From contig VXPH01000185.1 in the NCBI GenBank assembly GCA_009839615.1, forward strand, positions 1-49,437: 49,437 nucleotides of DNA, in the 5' to 3' direction. The stretch is from Nitrospinota bacterium (lineage in GTDB: Bacteria; UBA8248). The notes beneath the pieces were generated by a model. That model did not search any database, was not told the DNA's origin, and was given only the letters and a program-made list of their open reading frames with translations. A program made the translations under genes and the position numbers. Shown here piece after piece: positions 1-8,863 of this stretch (within the stretch, counting starts at the first letter, position 1; every line of letters begins with the position of its first letter).

Positions 1-33
1 CATCAGCCTTCGCACAAACCGCTCGGCTTCTGC

Positions 34-147
34 GACTCCCCCTCAAGGGGGGAGTTGATTCTTTGATTTCAGCAAAAAGTGACAAAACCCTCAAGCGGGG
101 GAGCAAATTTCCCCTCTCATTGGGAAGTAATGTCCCTCTACAGGGGA
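34..147. repeat. Cluster of short REP-like CCCC...GGGG palindromes
   Basis: GACTCCCCCT-caa-GGGGGGAGTT hairpin at 34-56; degenerate copy CCCTCAAGCGGGGGAG at 88-103; further C-run/G-run hairpins at about 109-128 and 133-147. Confidence 0.5.
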
Positions 148-222
148 ATGTACCTTGTTCTTTCATCTATCGCGCCGAACCCTCGTTCATCGGGATGACG
201 CAACAGCCACCATGCGCGCGGC

Positions 223-1215
223 ATGAAACGTAACGCTTCTAGTCCCACCCCCCCATTCCGTCCGGCCTGGTTCTGCCTGGGGCGTCATCTCCAGAGCGTG
301 TGGGGATATTTTTTGCGGAAAAACCCGCGTATCCCCTGGCGTCGCGAGCGTTGGGATACGCCAGACGGCGATTTTCTGGACGTCGACTTTTTAGACGCAG
401 ACGATCCCGACGCCCCGACGCTCCTCGTCCTGCACGGTCTGGAAGGCTCGGCCGATTCCCATTACGCGCGCGGCGCGGCGTCCAGGGCGCGCGCCCTCGG
501 CTGGCGGACACTGGCGATGAACTACCGCTCGTGCAGCGGCGAGCCGAACCGAAAGCCCAGGTTCTACCACTGCGGGGAAACGGGGGATTTGGGCTTCGTG
601 GCGGGGCGGATTCTGGAGAGGTTCAGCGGGCCGCTCGTGCTGGCGGGCTTCTCCCTGGGAGGGAACGTCCTGCTCAAGTGGCTGGGAGAGTGCGGCGATG
701 ACGCCTCCGCGCGCGTACGCGGGGCCGCCTGTATATCCGCGAGCCTCAGGCCCGCCGCGTGCGCAAAGGTGCTCGATTCCGTTCCGGGCTATTTCTACAG
801 GTGGCACCTGCTGAGCAGCGTCAAGGAAAAGGCCGAGCGTTTCGAGCAGCTGCACCCCGGCCTCATCGACATCGAGGGGGTGCGGCGCGCGCGGACTTTC
901 CACCACTTCGACCGCCTCGTCATCGCGCCGCTCTATGGGTTCCGGGACGAACTCGATTACTACGAACAAGCGGACGCTTCGCCTTGGCTGCCCCGAATCC
1001 GCGTGAAAACGCTCATTCTCTCCGCAGCGGACGACCCCATCGTGCCGGCCCATGTTTTTCCTCACGCACAGGTGGAGGAAAACAAGTGGCTGAGGGGCGT
1101 ATTGGTGAAAAAGGGCGGGCACGTGGGCTTCGTGTCGGGCGGCGACCCCCGCGCGCCCCTCTTCTGGGCCGAGGAGCGCGCGTTCGGGTTTCTGGACGAT
1201 TGCCTGCGAGCGTGA
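223..1215 (+). CDS. YheT-family (UPF0017) alpha/beta-fold hydrolase
   Basis: HLQS, DGDFLD, LHGLEGS, NYRSCSG, nucleophile elbow GFSLGGN, DDP acid, GGHVGF catalytic His. Confidence 0.88.
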   Translation: MKRNASSPTPPFRPAWFCLGRHLQSVWGYFLRKNPRIPWRRERWDTPDGDFLDVDFLDADDPDAPTLLVLHGLEGSADSHYARGAASRARALGWRTLAMNYRSCSGEPNRKPRFYHCGETGDLGFVAGRILERFSGPLVLAGFSLGGNVLLKWLGECGDDASARVRGAACISASLRPAACAKVLDSVPGYFYRWHLLSSVKEKAERFEQLHPGLIDIEGVRRARTFHHFDRLVIAPLYGFRDELDYYEQADASPWLPRIRVKTLILSAADDPIVPAHVFPHAQVEENKWLRGVLVKKGGHVGFVSGGDPRAPLFWAEERAFGFLDDCLRA

Positions 1216-1260
1216 CGTGGAGACCCGGTGCGGGAATTGGCGGTGAGGAGATGGATTTCA

Positions 1261-1371
1261 GTAGGGGCGGTTCGCGAACCGCCCCTACAATCCCAGGACA
1301 ACCGTCATTCCGGCATGCGCCGAAATGACGATCAAAAACAAAATCGGGCGGACACGGGGGTCCGCCCCTAC
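1261..1371. repeat. Cluster of REP sequences (two GTAG-type, one CGTC-type)
   Basis: Perfect 28-nt palindrome GTAGGGGCGGTTCGCGAACCGCCCCTAC (1261-1288); CGTCATTCCGGC-atgc-GCCGAAATGACG (1303-1330); GGGCGGAC-acggg-GGTCCGCCCCTAC (1346-1371, GTAG on the minus strand); located between convergent genes. Confidence 0.75.
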
Positions 1372-1445
1372 GGCTTCATCCCGATTTACGGCCCCATAGG
1401 ACAGGCGGTATCACGCGCATCGACGTTGCAAAGGGGGTGAAGCGA

Positions 1446-2540
1446 TCAGGCGTTTCTGTCGTATTCGCGGGCTTGCAATTTCTCGTGGCGCGCCAGTGCG
1501 CAGGCGATCAGGCGGTCCAGCATTTCGGGGTAGGAGACGCCCGCCGCCCGGATCATGCGGGGGTACCCGCTCAACTGCGTGAAGCCGGGCAGGGTGTTCA
1601 CCTCGTTGATGTAGGTCTCGCCCGTCCGCTCGCGGTAGAAGAAGTCCACGCGCGCGAGCCCCGAACAGCCCAGCGCGCTGAACGCGCCCCGCGCGTAGAG
1701 GCGGGCGTGGTCGGCGAGAGGTTCCTCCACCGGCGCGGGGATGATCAGTTCGGCGCGGCCTTCCTCGTATTTCGCCTCGTAGTCGTACCAGCCCGAATGC
1801 GTCCTGATCTCCATGAGGGGGCTGGCGAGGAATTCACCCAAAGCGGGGCCTTCCAGCACGGAGCATTCGAGTTCGCGGCCCTGGGCGTGCTCCTCGATTA
1901 AAACTTTACTGTCGAAGCGGAAGGCGTCCGCCACGGCGTCGCCTAATTCACCTGTCTTCTCCACCAGGTGGACGCCGACGCTGCTGCCCGAAGACGAAGG
2001 CTTGACGAACAGGGGATATCCGATCTTGGAGGCCGCCTCCTCCGAGACGGCGTCGCGGTCTGCATCCCAGGTTTCGGGAAACACCGTGAGCGATGGCAGG
2101 ACGGGCAGCCCCGCCGCGCGCAGCACCGCCTTGGCCACGGCCTTGTCCATCGTGACGGCTGAAGACGCGCACCCCGAACCCACGAAGGGGACCTCCGCCA
2201 GCTCGAAGAGTCCCTGGAGCGTGCCGTCTTCCCCGAAGGTGCCGTGAATGATGGGGAAGAATACGTCGATCGCGAGAGGCTCACCGCTTTTGGCGTAGCG
2301 CAGCGGCGCTTCGTTCGGCGTGCCCGAGAAGAGCACTTCTTCGCCTTCTTCTTCCGGCGCGGCGGGGGCGGGGAGGGCGATCCACGCGCCCGATTTCGTG
2401 ATGAGGATGGGATGGACGTCGTATTTCCCGGCGTCGAGTTCGGCCATGATGGCCCGGCCCGAGTTGCAGCTCACCTCGTGCTCGGTCGATCTGCCGCCGA
2501 ACACGACGCCGACGCTCGTCTTGCGGGATGCTGACGCCAT
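1446..2540 (-). CDS. ddl: D-alanine--D-alanine ligase
   Basis: FGGRSTEHEVS, HGTFGEDG, MDKA, FVKP...GSSVGV, GRELECSVL, YDYEAKY omega loop, RVDFF, NEVNTLPGFT. Confidence 0.95.
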   Translation of the reverse strand: MASASRKTSVGVVFGGRSTEHEVSCNSGRAIMAELDAGKYDVHPILITKSGAWIALPAPAAPEEEGEEVLFSGTPNEAPLRYAKSGEPLAIDVFFPIIHGTFGEDGTLQGLFELAEVPFVGSGCASSAVTMDKAVAKAVLRAAGLPVLPSLTVFPETWDADRDAVSEEAASKIGYPLFVKPSSSGSSVGVHLVEKTGELGDAVADAFRFDSKVLIEEHAQGRELECSVLEGPALGEFLASPLMEIRTHSGWYDYEAKYEEGRAELIIPAPVEEPLADHARLYARGAFSALGCSGLARVDFFYRERTGETYINEVNTLPGFTQLSGYPRMIRAAGVSYPEMLDRLIACALARHEKLQAREYDRNA

Positions 2541-2593
2541 TTGCGGCGAATCCTTCCTCGGGGCGTGCGAAGCGTTTCAGGTGGGCGTGGAGT

Positions 2594-3160
2594 TTAACGT
2601 ATCAGTTTCGAGAGGATTTTGAAATCCTCGGTGCCCGCCACGCGGAGAAGCTCGAAGAGCACCTGCTCGGTCGTGGCGGGAATCGCGCCTGCGCGCTCGA
2701 GCGCCGATAGCCCCGTCCGCCAGTTCAGCTTCGATCGCGAACAGGTGGCGTCAGCCACGGCGTGGACGATGAAGCCGTTATCCAGCAGGTCGAGCGCCGT
2801 CTGGTAGCAGCACACGTGCGTCTCCGCACCCGTGAGCAGTATCTTCGTCCGGCCCGTCTCGTGCAGGCGCGGCAGGAACGTCTCCTCCGCGCAGCAGCTG
2901 AACGCGATTTTCTCGATGGGGGCGAACCCCGGCACCTTCTCCGCCACCGCTTCGACGGTGGGCCCGAGTCCTTTGGGGTATTGCTCGGTGACGAGGACGG
3001 GAAAATCGAGGCGAGAGGCCGCCTCCGCCAGCGTCAGGATGCGTTCGACGACCTGCGCGCGCACGTCCTCACTCATGGCGGACATGAGCCGCTCCTGCGC
3101 GTCGACGATGAGCAGGAGGCAGTCTTCGGGGCTGAGCCGGAACGAGGCGATGTCGGCCAT
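2594..3160 (-). CDS. Isochorismatase-family cysteine hydrolase (YcaC-related)
   Basis: IVDAQERL (Asp), EQYPKGLGPT, EKIAFSC (Lys), GAETHVC (Cys), DATCSR. Confidence 0.9.
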   Translation of the reverse strand: MADIASFRLSPEDCLLLIVDAQERLMSAMSEDVRAQVVERILTLAEAASRLDFPVLVTEQYPKGLGPTVEAVAEKVPGFAPIEKIAFSCCAEETFLPRLHETGRTKILLTGAETHVCCYQTALDLLDNGFIVHAVADATCSRSKLNWRTGLSALERAGAIPATTEQVLFELLRVAGTEDFKILSKLIR

Positions 3161-3324
3161 GCGCTCTCCGCCTTTCTGGATAAGGGAAACCAGGGAAAAG
3201 GCTATTACAGCGTCTTGCGCGGGTCAAGGAATGCGCCCCAAAGCCTTGATTCCCTTATGCCCGTGGGATAGCATCGCCCCATCAATTTTCAGGCCATCAT
3301 GGAAACCAACAGAAGGGGAACAAC

Positions 3325-4317
3325 ATGCCGGACAAGGCGAAAGTCGTCCTGACCGATTACGTCTGGGAGTCCCTGGACGTGGAGAACGAGATTCTGGGGG
3401 AACTGGCCGATATCGTCGCCATGCAGACGAAGACGCCCGCGGAATTCCTGGCGGAAGCCGCCGACTGCGACGCCGTGCTCAACACCTACGCCGGCCCCAT
3501 CACGCGAGATGACATGGCGGGGATGCCGAACTGCAAGATCATCGCGCGCTACGGCATCGGCGTGGACACCATCGACCTGGACGCCGCCACGGAGGCGGGC
3601 ATCATCGTCACGAACAACCCCACCTACTGCATCGAGGAGGTCGCCGAGCACACGATGGCGCTCCTGCTCGCATCGGCGAGGAAGGTGGCCTTCTACGACC
3701 GCCGGGTGCGCGCGGGCGAATGGGCGGTGCCGCCGGGCAAGCCCATGTTCCGCCTCGTGGGCGCGACGCTGGGGCTCGTGGGCTTCGGGAACATCGCCCG
3801 CATGGTGGCTGTGCGCGCTGCCTCGTTCGGGATGCGTGTGCTCTTCAACGACCCCTTCGTGGAGCAGGGCCAGTTCGATGCGCCGGGCGAGAAGACGGCG
3901 GAGTTGGCCGACATGTTCGCGGAGTCTGATTTCGTCTCCATCCACCCGCCGCTCATCCCCCAGACGCGCGGGATGATGAACGACGAGGTTTTCGCGCAGA
4001 TGAAGAGCACCGCCGTCGTCATCAACTGCTCGCGCGGCCCCATCATCGACACCGACGCCCTCGTGCGCGCGCTTGATGCGGGCGAAATCGCGGGCTGCGC
4101 GCTGGACACGACCGACCCCGAGCCCCTGCCCGACCCGCACCCCGTAAGGGGGCGCGAGAACGTCATCATCAACCCCCACGCGGCATGGTACAGCGAGGAG
4201 TCCATGGTGGGCTTGCAACAGGGCGCGCCGGGCGAGGTGCGGCGCGTATTATCGGGCGAATGGCCTGTGAACGTCGTGAACAGGGGCGTCAAGGAGAACA
4301 ACCGCGCGGGGTTGTAG
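3325..4317 (+). CDS. D-isomer-specific 2-hydroxyacid dehydrogenase (CtBP-like)
   Basis: RYGIGVD, EEVAEH, GxGxI Rossmann motif GFGNIA, NCSRG, D..DPEP, PHAAWYS; RBS GAAGGGG. Confidence 0.9.
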   Translation: MPDKAKVVLTDYVWESLDVENEILGELADIVAMQTKTPAEFLAEAADCDAVLNTYAGPITRDDMAGMPNCKIIARYGIGVDTIDLDAATEAGIIVTNNPTYCIEEVAEHTMALLLASARKVAFYDRRVRAGEWAVPPGKPMFRLVGATLGLVGFGNIARMVAVRAASFGMRVLFNDPFVEQGQFDAPGEKTAELADMFAESDFVSIHPPLIPQTRGMMNDEVFAQMKSTAVVINCSRGPIIDTDALVRALDAGEIAGCALDTTDPEPLPDPHPVRGRENVIINPHAAWYSEESMVGLQQGAPGEVRRVLSGEWPVNVVNRGVKENNRAGL

Positions 4318-4334
4318 GGAAAAGGGCCGTCGTC

Positions 4335-4640
4335 CTAGGTGCCCTTTGATACGAGCGTTGGTATACCGCTGACGTCAATCGACCGTTCAGCGCGCGCCAG
4401 ATCGTAGTTGCGCTGCAGGTTGATCCAGAAGCCCGGGCCGTTGCCGAAGAGCTTGCCGAAGCGAACCGCCATTTCGGCGGTCACCGGCTGCTTCTCGTTG
4501 ATGATGTCGTAGAGCGTCTGCCTGGATATGCCGAGGGCCATGGCCACCGCCGACTTGCTCATGTCAAGAGCGGGCAGGATGTCTTCGCGCAGGAGTTCTC
4601 CCGGATGTATCGGGTCTATGGAATCGTGCCTCTCGCTCAT
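4335..4640 (-). CDS. higA: HigA-family addiction-module antitoxin (XRE HTH)
   Basis: HPGELLREDIL, HTH ALGISRQTLYDII, VTAEMAVR, FWINLQ..YDL; overlaps the upstream toxin stop by 1 nt. Confidence 0.92.
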   Translation of the reverse strand: MSERHDSIDPIHPGELLREDILPALDMSKSAVAMALGISRQTLYDIINEKQPVTAEMAVRFGKLFGNGPGFWINLQRNYDLARAERSIDVSGIPTLVSKGT

Positions 4641-4918
4641 CAGTGATAGTCCTCTATATCTACGTTCGTTGCGCCGTCGTCGTCCCGCCCGAAAGTCACG
4701 CGCATATTGGCGTTCAGACGAATGGCGTAGCGCCCGGGCCGTTCGCCCTTCAACGGATGAAAATACGAGCCGGGATAGTTCATCTGCTCCGGCCTCTCGG
4801 CGGCTTCAAGGGCGGAGAGAATTCGACGCAACTTTCGAATCCAATCGGCGTTCAGGCCCCTCGCCTGTCCTCTCGTCCAATAATCCCGAAGAGCCTTGTG
4901 CCGGATGCTCCTGATCAT
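4640..4918 (-). CDS. higB: HigB/RelE-family toxin (plasmid maintenance system killer type)
   Basis: MIRSIRHKAL, FHPLKG, YAIRLNANMRVTF, C-terminal DYH; toxin-before-antitoxin order typical of higBA. Confidence 0.9.
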   Translation of the reverse strand: MIRSIRHKALRDYWTRGQARGLNADWIRKLRRILSALEAAERPEQMNYPGSYFHPLKGERPGRYAIRLNANMRVTFGRDDDGATNVDIEDYH

Positions 4919-4924
4919 GGATGC

Positions 4925-4966
4925 AAACTAACCGGAAACAGCAGGGATGTCAAGTGACACCTTACA
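4925..4966 (-). promoter_or_regulatory. Sigma70 promoter of higBA with overlapping palindromic operator
   Basis: Minus strand TTGACA (4953-4948)-17 nt-TAGTTT (4930-4925); inverted repeat TGTCA-ag-TGACA (4948-4959) over the -35 element. Confidence 0.7.
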
Positions 4967-5023
4967 GATATGAAATGGCTACGGGGCGGCCGTCATGTAA
5001 TTGTGAGAAACGCGCATCCGCCC

Positions 5024-5052
5024 TTGACATCGTTTGCTTTCGCCCGTAATAA
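5024..5052 (+). promoter_or_regulatory. Possible sigma70 promoter of the cytochrome bc operon
   Basis: Perfect TTGACA at 5024-5029 followed after 17 nt by TAATAA (imperfect -10). Confidence 0.4.
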
Positions 5053-5254
5053 GAATCTTGTCGATAGTTGATATCCCTATGGTCTCGGCGTCCGGCGAGG
5101 CCATGCGCCGCCCGTGGCGAAACCAAGCGAATCGGTTTCATTATCCGTCGTGATCGGGGATAATGCATCCGTGCGACGCTTGGCGGGAAGCAGGCTGTCG
5201 GATGCGCGAAGTCGAAAGGTGGTTTGAGTCTCGAAACAGGAGTGCAGATTCAGC

Positions 5255-5809
5255 ATGAACACTCGCTTGAAAGCCCCTCCGGTGAAACTGCCGGCTGATT
5301 ACGAGTCGGAGGCGAAAGAGAAAAAGCCGTTCATCGACCGCAGGCGGTTCATGAACTACATCGGGTGGCTCGGCGTCCTGGGCGCCATCAACGTCGCGTT
5401 GCTGGGATTTCTGCGCTTCATGTTCCCGCGCGTTCTGTTCGAACCGCCCACCGAGTTCAAGGCGGGGGACCCGGCGGACTACGCCGTGGGCGTGGTGGAC
5501 ACCCGCTACGTGAACAGCGAGCGCGTGTGGATCATCCGCGAAGAGAACGGATTCTACGCCCTGAGCGCGATTTGCACCCATCTGGGATGCACGCCGAAGT
5601 ACCTGGGCTCCGAGGACAAGTTCAAGTGCCCGTGTCACGGGAGCGGATTCCGGAGATCCGGCATCAACTTCGAGGGTCCGGCCCCGAGGCCGCTCGAGAG
5701 GCTGAAAATCGGCTTGGCCGAGGATGGACAGTTGATTATCGACAAGGGCAAGCTTTTTCTCCACGAGAAGGGGCAATGGAGCGACCCGGGTTCCTTTCTC
5801 TTTACGTGA
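5255..5809 (+). CDS. petC: Rieske [2Fe-2S] subunit of a cytochrome bc/b6f-type complex
   Basis: Twin-arginine DRRRF plus TM helix; Rieske boxes CTHLGC and CPCHGS; GPAPRPL; RBS AGGAG. Confidence 0.93.
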   Translation: MNTRLKAPPVKLPADYESEAKEKKPFIDRRRFMNYIGWLGVLGAINVALLGFLRFMFPRVLFEPPTEFKAGDPADYAVGVVDTRYVNSERVWIIREENGFYALSAICTHLGCTPKYLGSEDKFKCPCHGSGFRRSGINFEGPAPRPLERLKIGLAEDGQLIIDKGKLFLHEKGQWSDPGSFLFT

Positions 5810-5855
5810 TGTAGGTTTTCATGTTTGTTCGATGCGAGTTCGTGGGGGTTTATAG

Positions 5856-6644
5856 ATGCCGAGTTTGAAGGAACGCTTGAATCTGGACCAGGTGAAACGC
5901 AGTGTGCTCGACTCCCAGGTGTGGAGGTCGATGTTCCGCCACGGGTATGAGGACACGCCGAGAAACCGCGTTCTCATGGTGGTGGACAACCTCTGGCTGC
6001 ACCTGCACCCCACGAAAATCAGGCGACACGCCATCCGCATCCGCTTCACCTGGTGCATGGGCGGGGTGACGTTCCTGCTGTTCCTCTACCTCGTCGTCAC
6101 CGGCGTGGTCCTGATGTTCTATTACCGGCCCGTGGGCGAGTACGCCTACGCCGACATCAAGTACCTCGAATTCGACGCCCCCTTCGGCATGTTCATGCGC
6201 AACATGCACCGCTGGGCGGCGCACGCCATGGTCATCGCCGTGTGGCTGCACATGCTGCGCGTCTTCATGACGGGCTCCTACAAGCCGCCGCGCGAGTTCA
6301 ACTGGGTCATCGGGGTGCTGCTGCTCACGCTCACGCTCCTGCTCAGCTTTACCGGCTATCTGCTCCCCTGGGACCAGCTCGCCATCTGGGCGGTGACGGT
6401 GGGAACCAACATGGCGCGGGCGACGCCGCTCTTGGGGTCCGAGGGTCCGTTCGCCGAAATGGTGGGCGTCACGCCGCGTTTCGACGCGCGCTCGGCACTC
6501 CTGGGCGGGACCATCGTCGGCCCGCCCACGCTTTTGCGCTTCTACGTGCTGCACTGCATCGTCGTACCGCTGATAGCGGCGATCCTGATGATGGTGCATT
6601 TCTGGAGAATCCGGAAAGACGGGGGCATCTCGGGCCCCCTGTAG
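5856..6644 (+). CDS. petB: Cytochrome b6-like subunit (N-terminal cytochrome b)
   Basis: WCMGG (CxGG), TGVVLMFYY, heme His in MHRWAAH...[31 protein letters not shown]...HFW, GISGPL end. Confidence 0.93.
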   Translation: MPSLKERLNLDQVKRSVLDSQVWRSMFRHGYEDTPRNRVLMVVDNLWLHLHPTKIRRHAIRIRFTWCMGGVTFLLFLYLVVTGVVLMFYYRPVGEYAYADIKYLEFDAPFGMFMRNMHRWAAHAMVIAVWLHMLRVFMTGSYKPPREFNWVIGVLLLTLTLLLSFTGYLLPWDQLAIWAVTVGTNMARATPLLGSEGPFAEMVGVTPRFDARSALLGGTIVGPPTLLRFYVLHCIVVPLIAAILMMVHFWRIRKDGGISGPL

Positions 6645-6676
6645 GTTTCATGGAATAAAAGGGAAGGGCGATAACA

Positions 6677-7456
6677 TTGGCGAAGGAAGACAAGGTAGTC
6701 GGCTCTGCCGATGAAATGGCCAAGACGAGTTGGGAGCGGGTGAACGACAAGGTTCACGTGTGGCCCTACCTCACGCGCCTTGAATTCATGTGCGCGATCA
6801 TCATCACCATATTCCTGGTGGTGTGGTCCATTGTTATCGACGCGCCGCTCGAAGAGCCCGCGAACCCTTCCGTCACGCCGAACCCCTCGAAGGCGCCGTG
6901 GTATTTCCTGGGCCTTCAGGAGTTGCTCGTCTATTTCGACCCGTGGATGGCGGGCGTCGTGCTGCCCACCCTCATCATCGTGGGCCTGATGGCCATTCCC
7001 TTTATCGACGTGAACCCCAAGGGGAACGGCTACTACACCTTCCACGAGCGCAGATTCGCCATCTTCACCTTCCTGTTCGGATTTCTGGTCCTGTGGATTT
7101 GGATGGTGGTGCAGGGCACCTTCCTGCGCGGCCCGGGGTGGAACTTCTTCATGCCTTGGGAGTATTGGGATCCGCACAAGGTCGTGGCGCTCACGAACGT
7201 GGACCTGCCCTACATGCTCGGATTCAGGAGCTACTGGGGCCAGGCGGCGGCGGGTACGGCGTTGATCGTGCTCTGGTACGCCACCATACCGGCATATTAC
7301 ATCTGGCGGCGCGAGCGCATGAAGAACGTGGGCCTGGTGCGCTATCTCATCAAGGCGTCGCTCAACATGACGATGATGGGTATCGTGGCGAAAATGGTCC
7401 TGCGTATCGGGTTCAACGTCAAATACGTTCTCGTCACGCCCTGGTTCAACATCTAG
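6677..7456 (+). CDS. petD: Cytochrome b C-terminal / subunit IV-like protein
   Basis: KVHVWPYL, APLEEPANP..TPNPSKAPWYFLGLQE (PEWY-equivalent), IPFID, GTFLRGPGWNF; TTG start with purine-rich RBS. Confidence 0.85.
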   Translation: MAKEDKVVGSADEMAKTSWERVNDKVHVWPYLTRLEFMCAIIITIFLVVWSIVIDAPLEEPANPSVTPNPSKAPWYFLGLQELLVYFDPWMAGVVLPTLIIVGLMAIPFIDVNPKGNGYYTFHERRFAIFTFLFGFLVLWIWMVVQGTFLRGPGWNFFMPWEYWDPHKVVALTNVDLPYMLGFRSYWGQAAAGTALIVLWYATIPAYYIWRRERMKNVGLVRYLIKASLNMTMMGIVAKMVLRIGFNVKYVLVTPWFNI

Positions 7457-7480
7457 GTTTTCTTAACCCGAGCGGAGAAG

Positions 7481-7588
7481 ATGGTTCAGGATAGACAGCG
7501 TAAGCATCTGTGGTGGGACGCCTGTGGCGTGAAGGTGGCCGCGGTTGTTCTGATCGTCGTCTCGGGCGTGATTTATCTGTTGGTTTAG
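7481..7588 (+). CDS. Unannotated 35-aa single-TM protein, last gene of the bc operon
   Basis: GGAGAAG-ATG; translates to MVQDRQRKHLWWDACGVKVAAVVLIVVSGVIYLLV*; sits between petD and the terminator; absent from the ORF track (below its length cut-off). Confidence 0.6.
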   Translation: MVQDRQRKHLWWDACGVKVAAVVLIVVSGVIYLLV

Positions 7589-7638
7589 GGGATTCACAAG
7601 GCCACTGAGCCTGTAAGCTAAACTTTTCGAAAATTATT

Positions 7639-7675
7639 AAACCGCTTCCCGGACAGGGAGGCGGTTTTTTGTTTT
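7639..7675 (+). terminator. Intrinsic terminator of the bc operon
   Basis: AAACCGCTTCCC-ggaca-GGGAGGCGGTTT stem followed by a T-rich tract. Confidence 0.85.
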
Positions 7676-7868
7676 GGGAATTACCCAGATGATGGAATTT
7701 CCAAGTAGTTGTTTCTACACAGAGACATATTTTGTAGCGCGACCTGTCCCGACGGTTCTCTCTTCGCGGGCGGATTGCGACTTTACTCCCTTTCTCGTGT
7801 TGCAACCTACGGGGTGTCTTGCGAAGGCCGGTTCCATGCCGCCGGCGCATCCTGGAGAGGGTCAGAAG

Positions 7869-8837
7869 TCAGTTCTGGCGAAAATGCTCCGCCATGACGT
7901 CGGCGGCGCGCCGGACATCCTCGGGATTGTCATAGAAGTCGAACTGAGTGACGTTCTCGAGCCATCGCAGCGTCGCCTGGCCGGCAAGGCCTTTGACGAA
8001 GGTTTTGACGCCGCTGGGGATCGCGGCGGCCTCGGAATGGACGACAGCCAGCGGCTTGTTCAGACGCCCGGGATTTTCTGCCGGGTGATACGTCAGCCAG
8101 CCTTCCCAGCCCGCCTGGTTCCACTTGTTGTCGTACTGGGGGACCGCACCGCGGTTCGGGTCGTGGTAGTAGCCGCCGATCGGCATGAGCACGCCTTTGG
8201 CTCCCTTCGGGCCGGCCGCCGGAATGATCTCGCCGCCCTTGGCTGCGGCCGCCCGGCTGACAGAGACCAAAGCATTGACGCCCTTTTCGCCGCCGTAGAC
8301 GGCCCTGACGATTTCATCATTTTGCAGCCAGGGAGCGACCAGGCCAACACGGCGGACCAGCGGATTGCCCGAAACCGCATCGACCATGTAACCGGAAGAA
8401 GCGCAAATCCCCAGTCCGTTGATTCGCCTGGCGTCGACCTCGGCCAGCGTAGAGACGAACTCGATGGCTGCGCGGATGTCTGAAATCTTCGCCTTGGGGT
8501 CTTCCTTGAAGCGGGCCCGGCCGGGCAGATCGCCTGACTTGCCCCAGCCGCGGAAGTCGAATGTGAAGGCTGCGAAACCGCGCTCGACCATGGCGCGGGC
8601 ATAGACGCTGGGCATCTGTTCTTCGACGCTGGTCCAGGCGCCCGTGACGACGACAACGGGCAAGCGCGCGTCGGGTGCGTCGGCCGGCAGATAGAGGGTG
8701 CCGGACAGCGCCGCGCCCTCGTTCCTGAAGGTCAAGGTGCGGGTGGTAATGCCGGCCAACGCCGACGAGGCCGTCAGGATTACGGCCACGGCAGTTGCGA
8801 GCAAAACGGTTGTTCTTTGTCTGCTTTTCGGTTTCAT
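7869..8837 (-). CDS. Exported alpha/beta hydrolase (YcjY/dienelactone hydrolase-like, Cys nucleophile)
   Basis: GGAGG RBS before ATG 8837; signal peptide ending ALA; LSGTLYLP, GAWTSVEEQM, FDFRGWGKS, GLGICASSGY, C-terminal QFDFYD. Confidence 0.8.
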   Translation of the reverse strand: MKPKSRQRTTVLLATAVAVILTASSALAGITTRTLTFRNEGAALSGTLYLPADAPDARLPVVVVTGAWTSVEEQMPSVYARAMVERGFAAFTFDFRGWGKSGDLPGRARFKEDPKAKISDIRAAIEFVSTLAEVDARRINGLGICASSGYMVDAVSGNPLVRRVGLVAPWLQNDEIVRAVYGGEKGVNALVSVSRAAAAKGGEIIPAAGPKGAKGVLMPIGGYYHDPNRGAVPQYDNKWNQAGWEGWLTYHPAENPGRLNKPLAVVHSEAAAIPSGVKTFVKGLAGQATLRWLENVTQFDFYDNPEDVRRAADVMAEHFRQN

Positions 8838-8863
8838 GGGGTGGTATCCTCCAAACCGCCGCC

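Noticed and set aside
1228-1440. 70-aa ORF between the hydrolase and ddl
   Set aside because: Merely reads through the REP palindromes (VGAVREPPLQ, ADTGVRPY), a common spurious translation
5002-5017. CRP/FNR box upstream of the bc operon
   Set aside because: Only the TGTGA half-site; second half does not match TCACA
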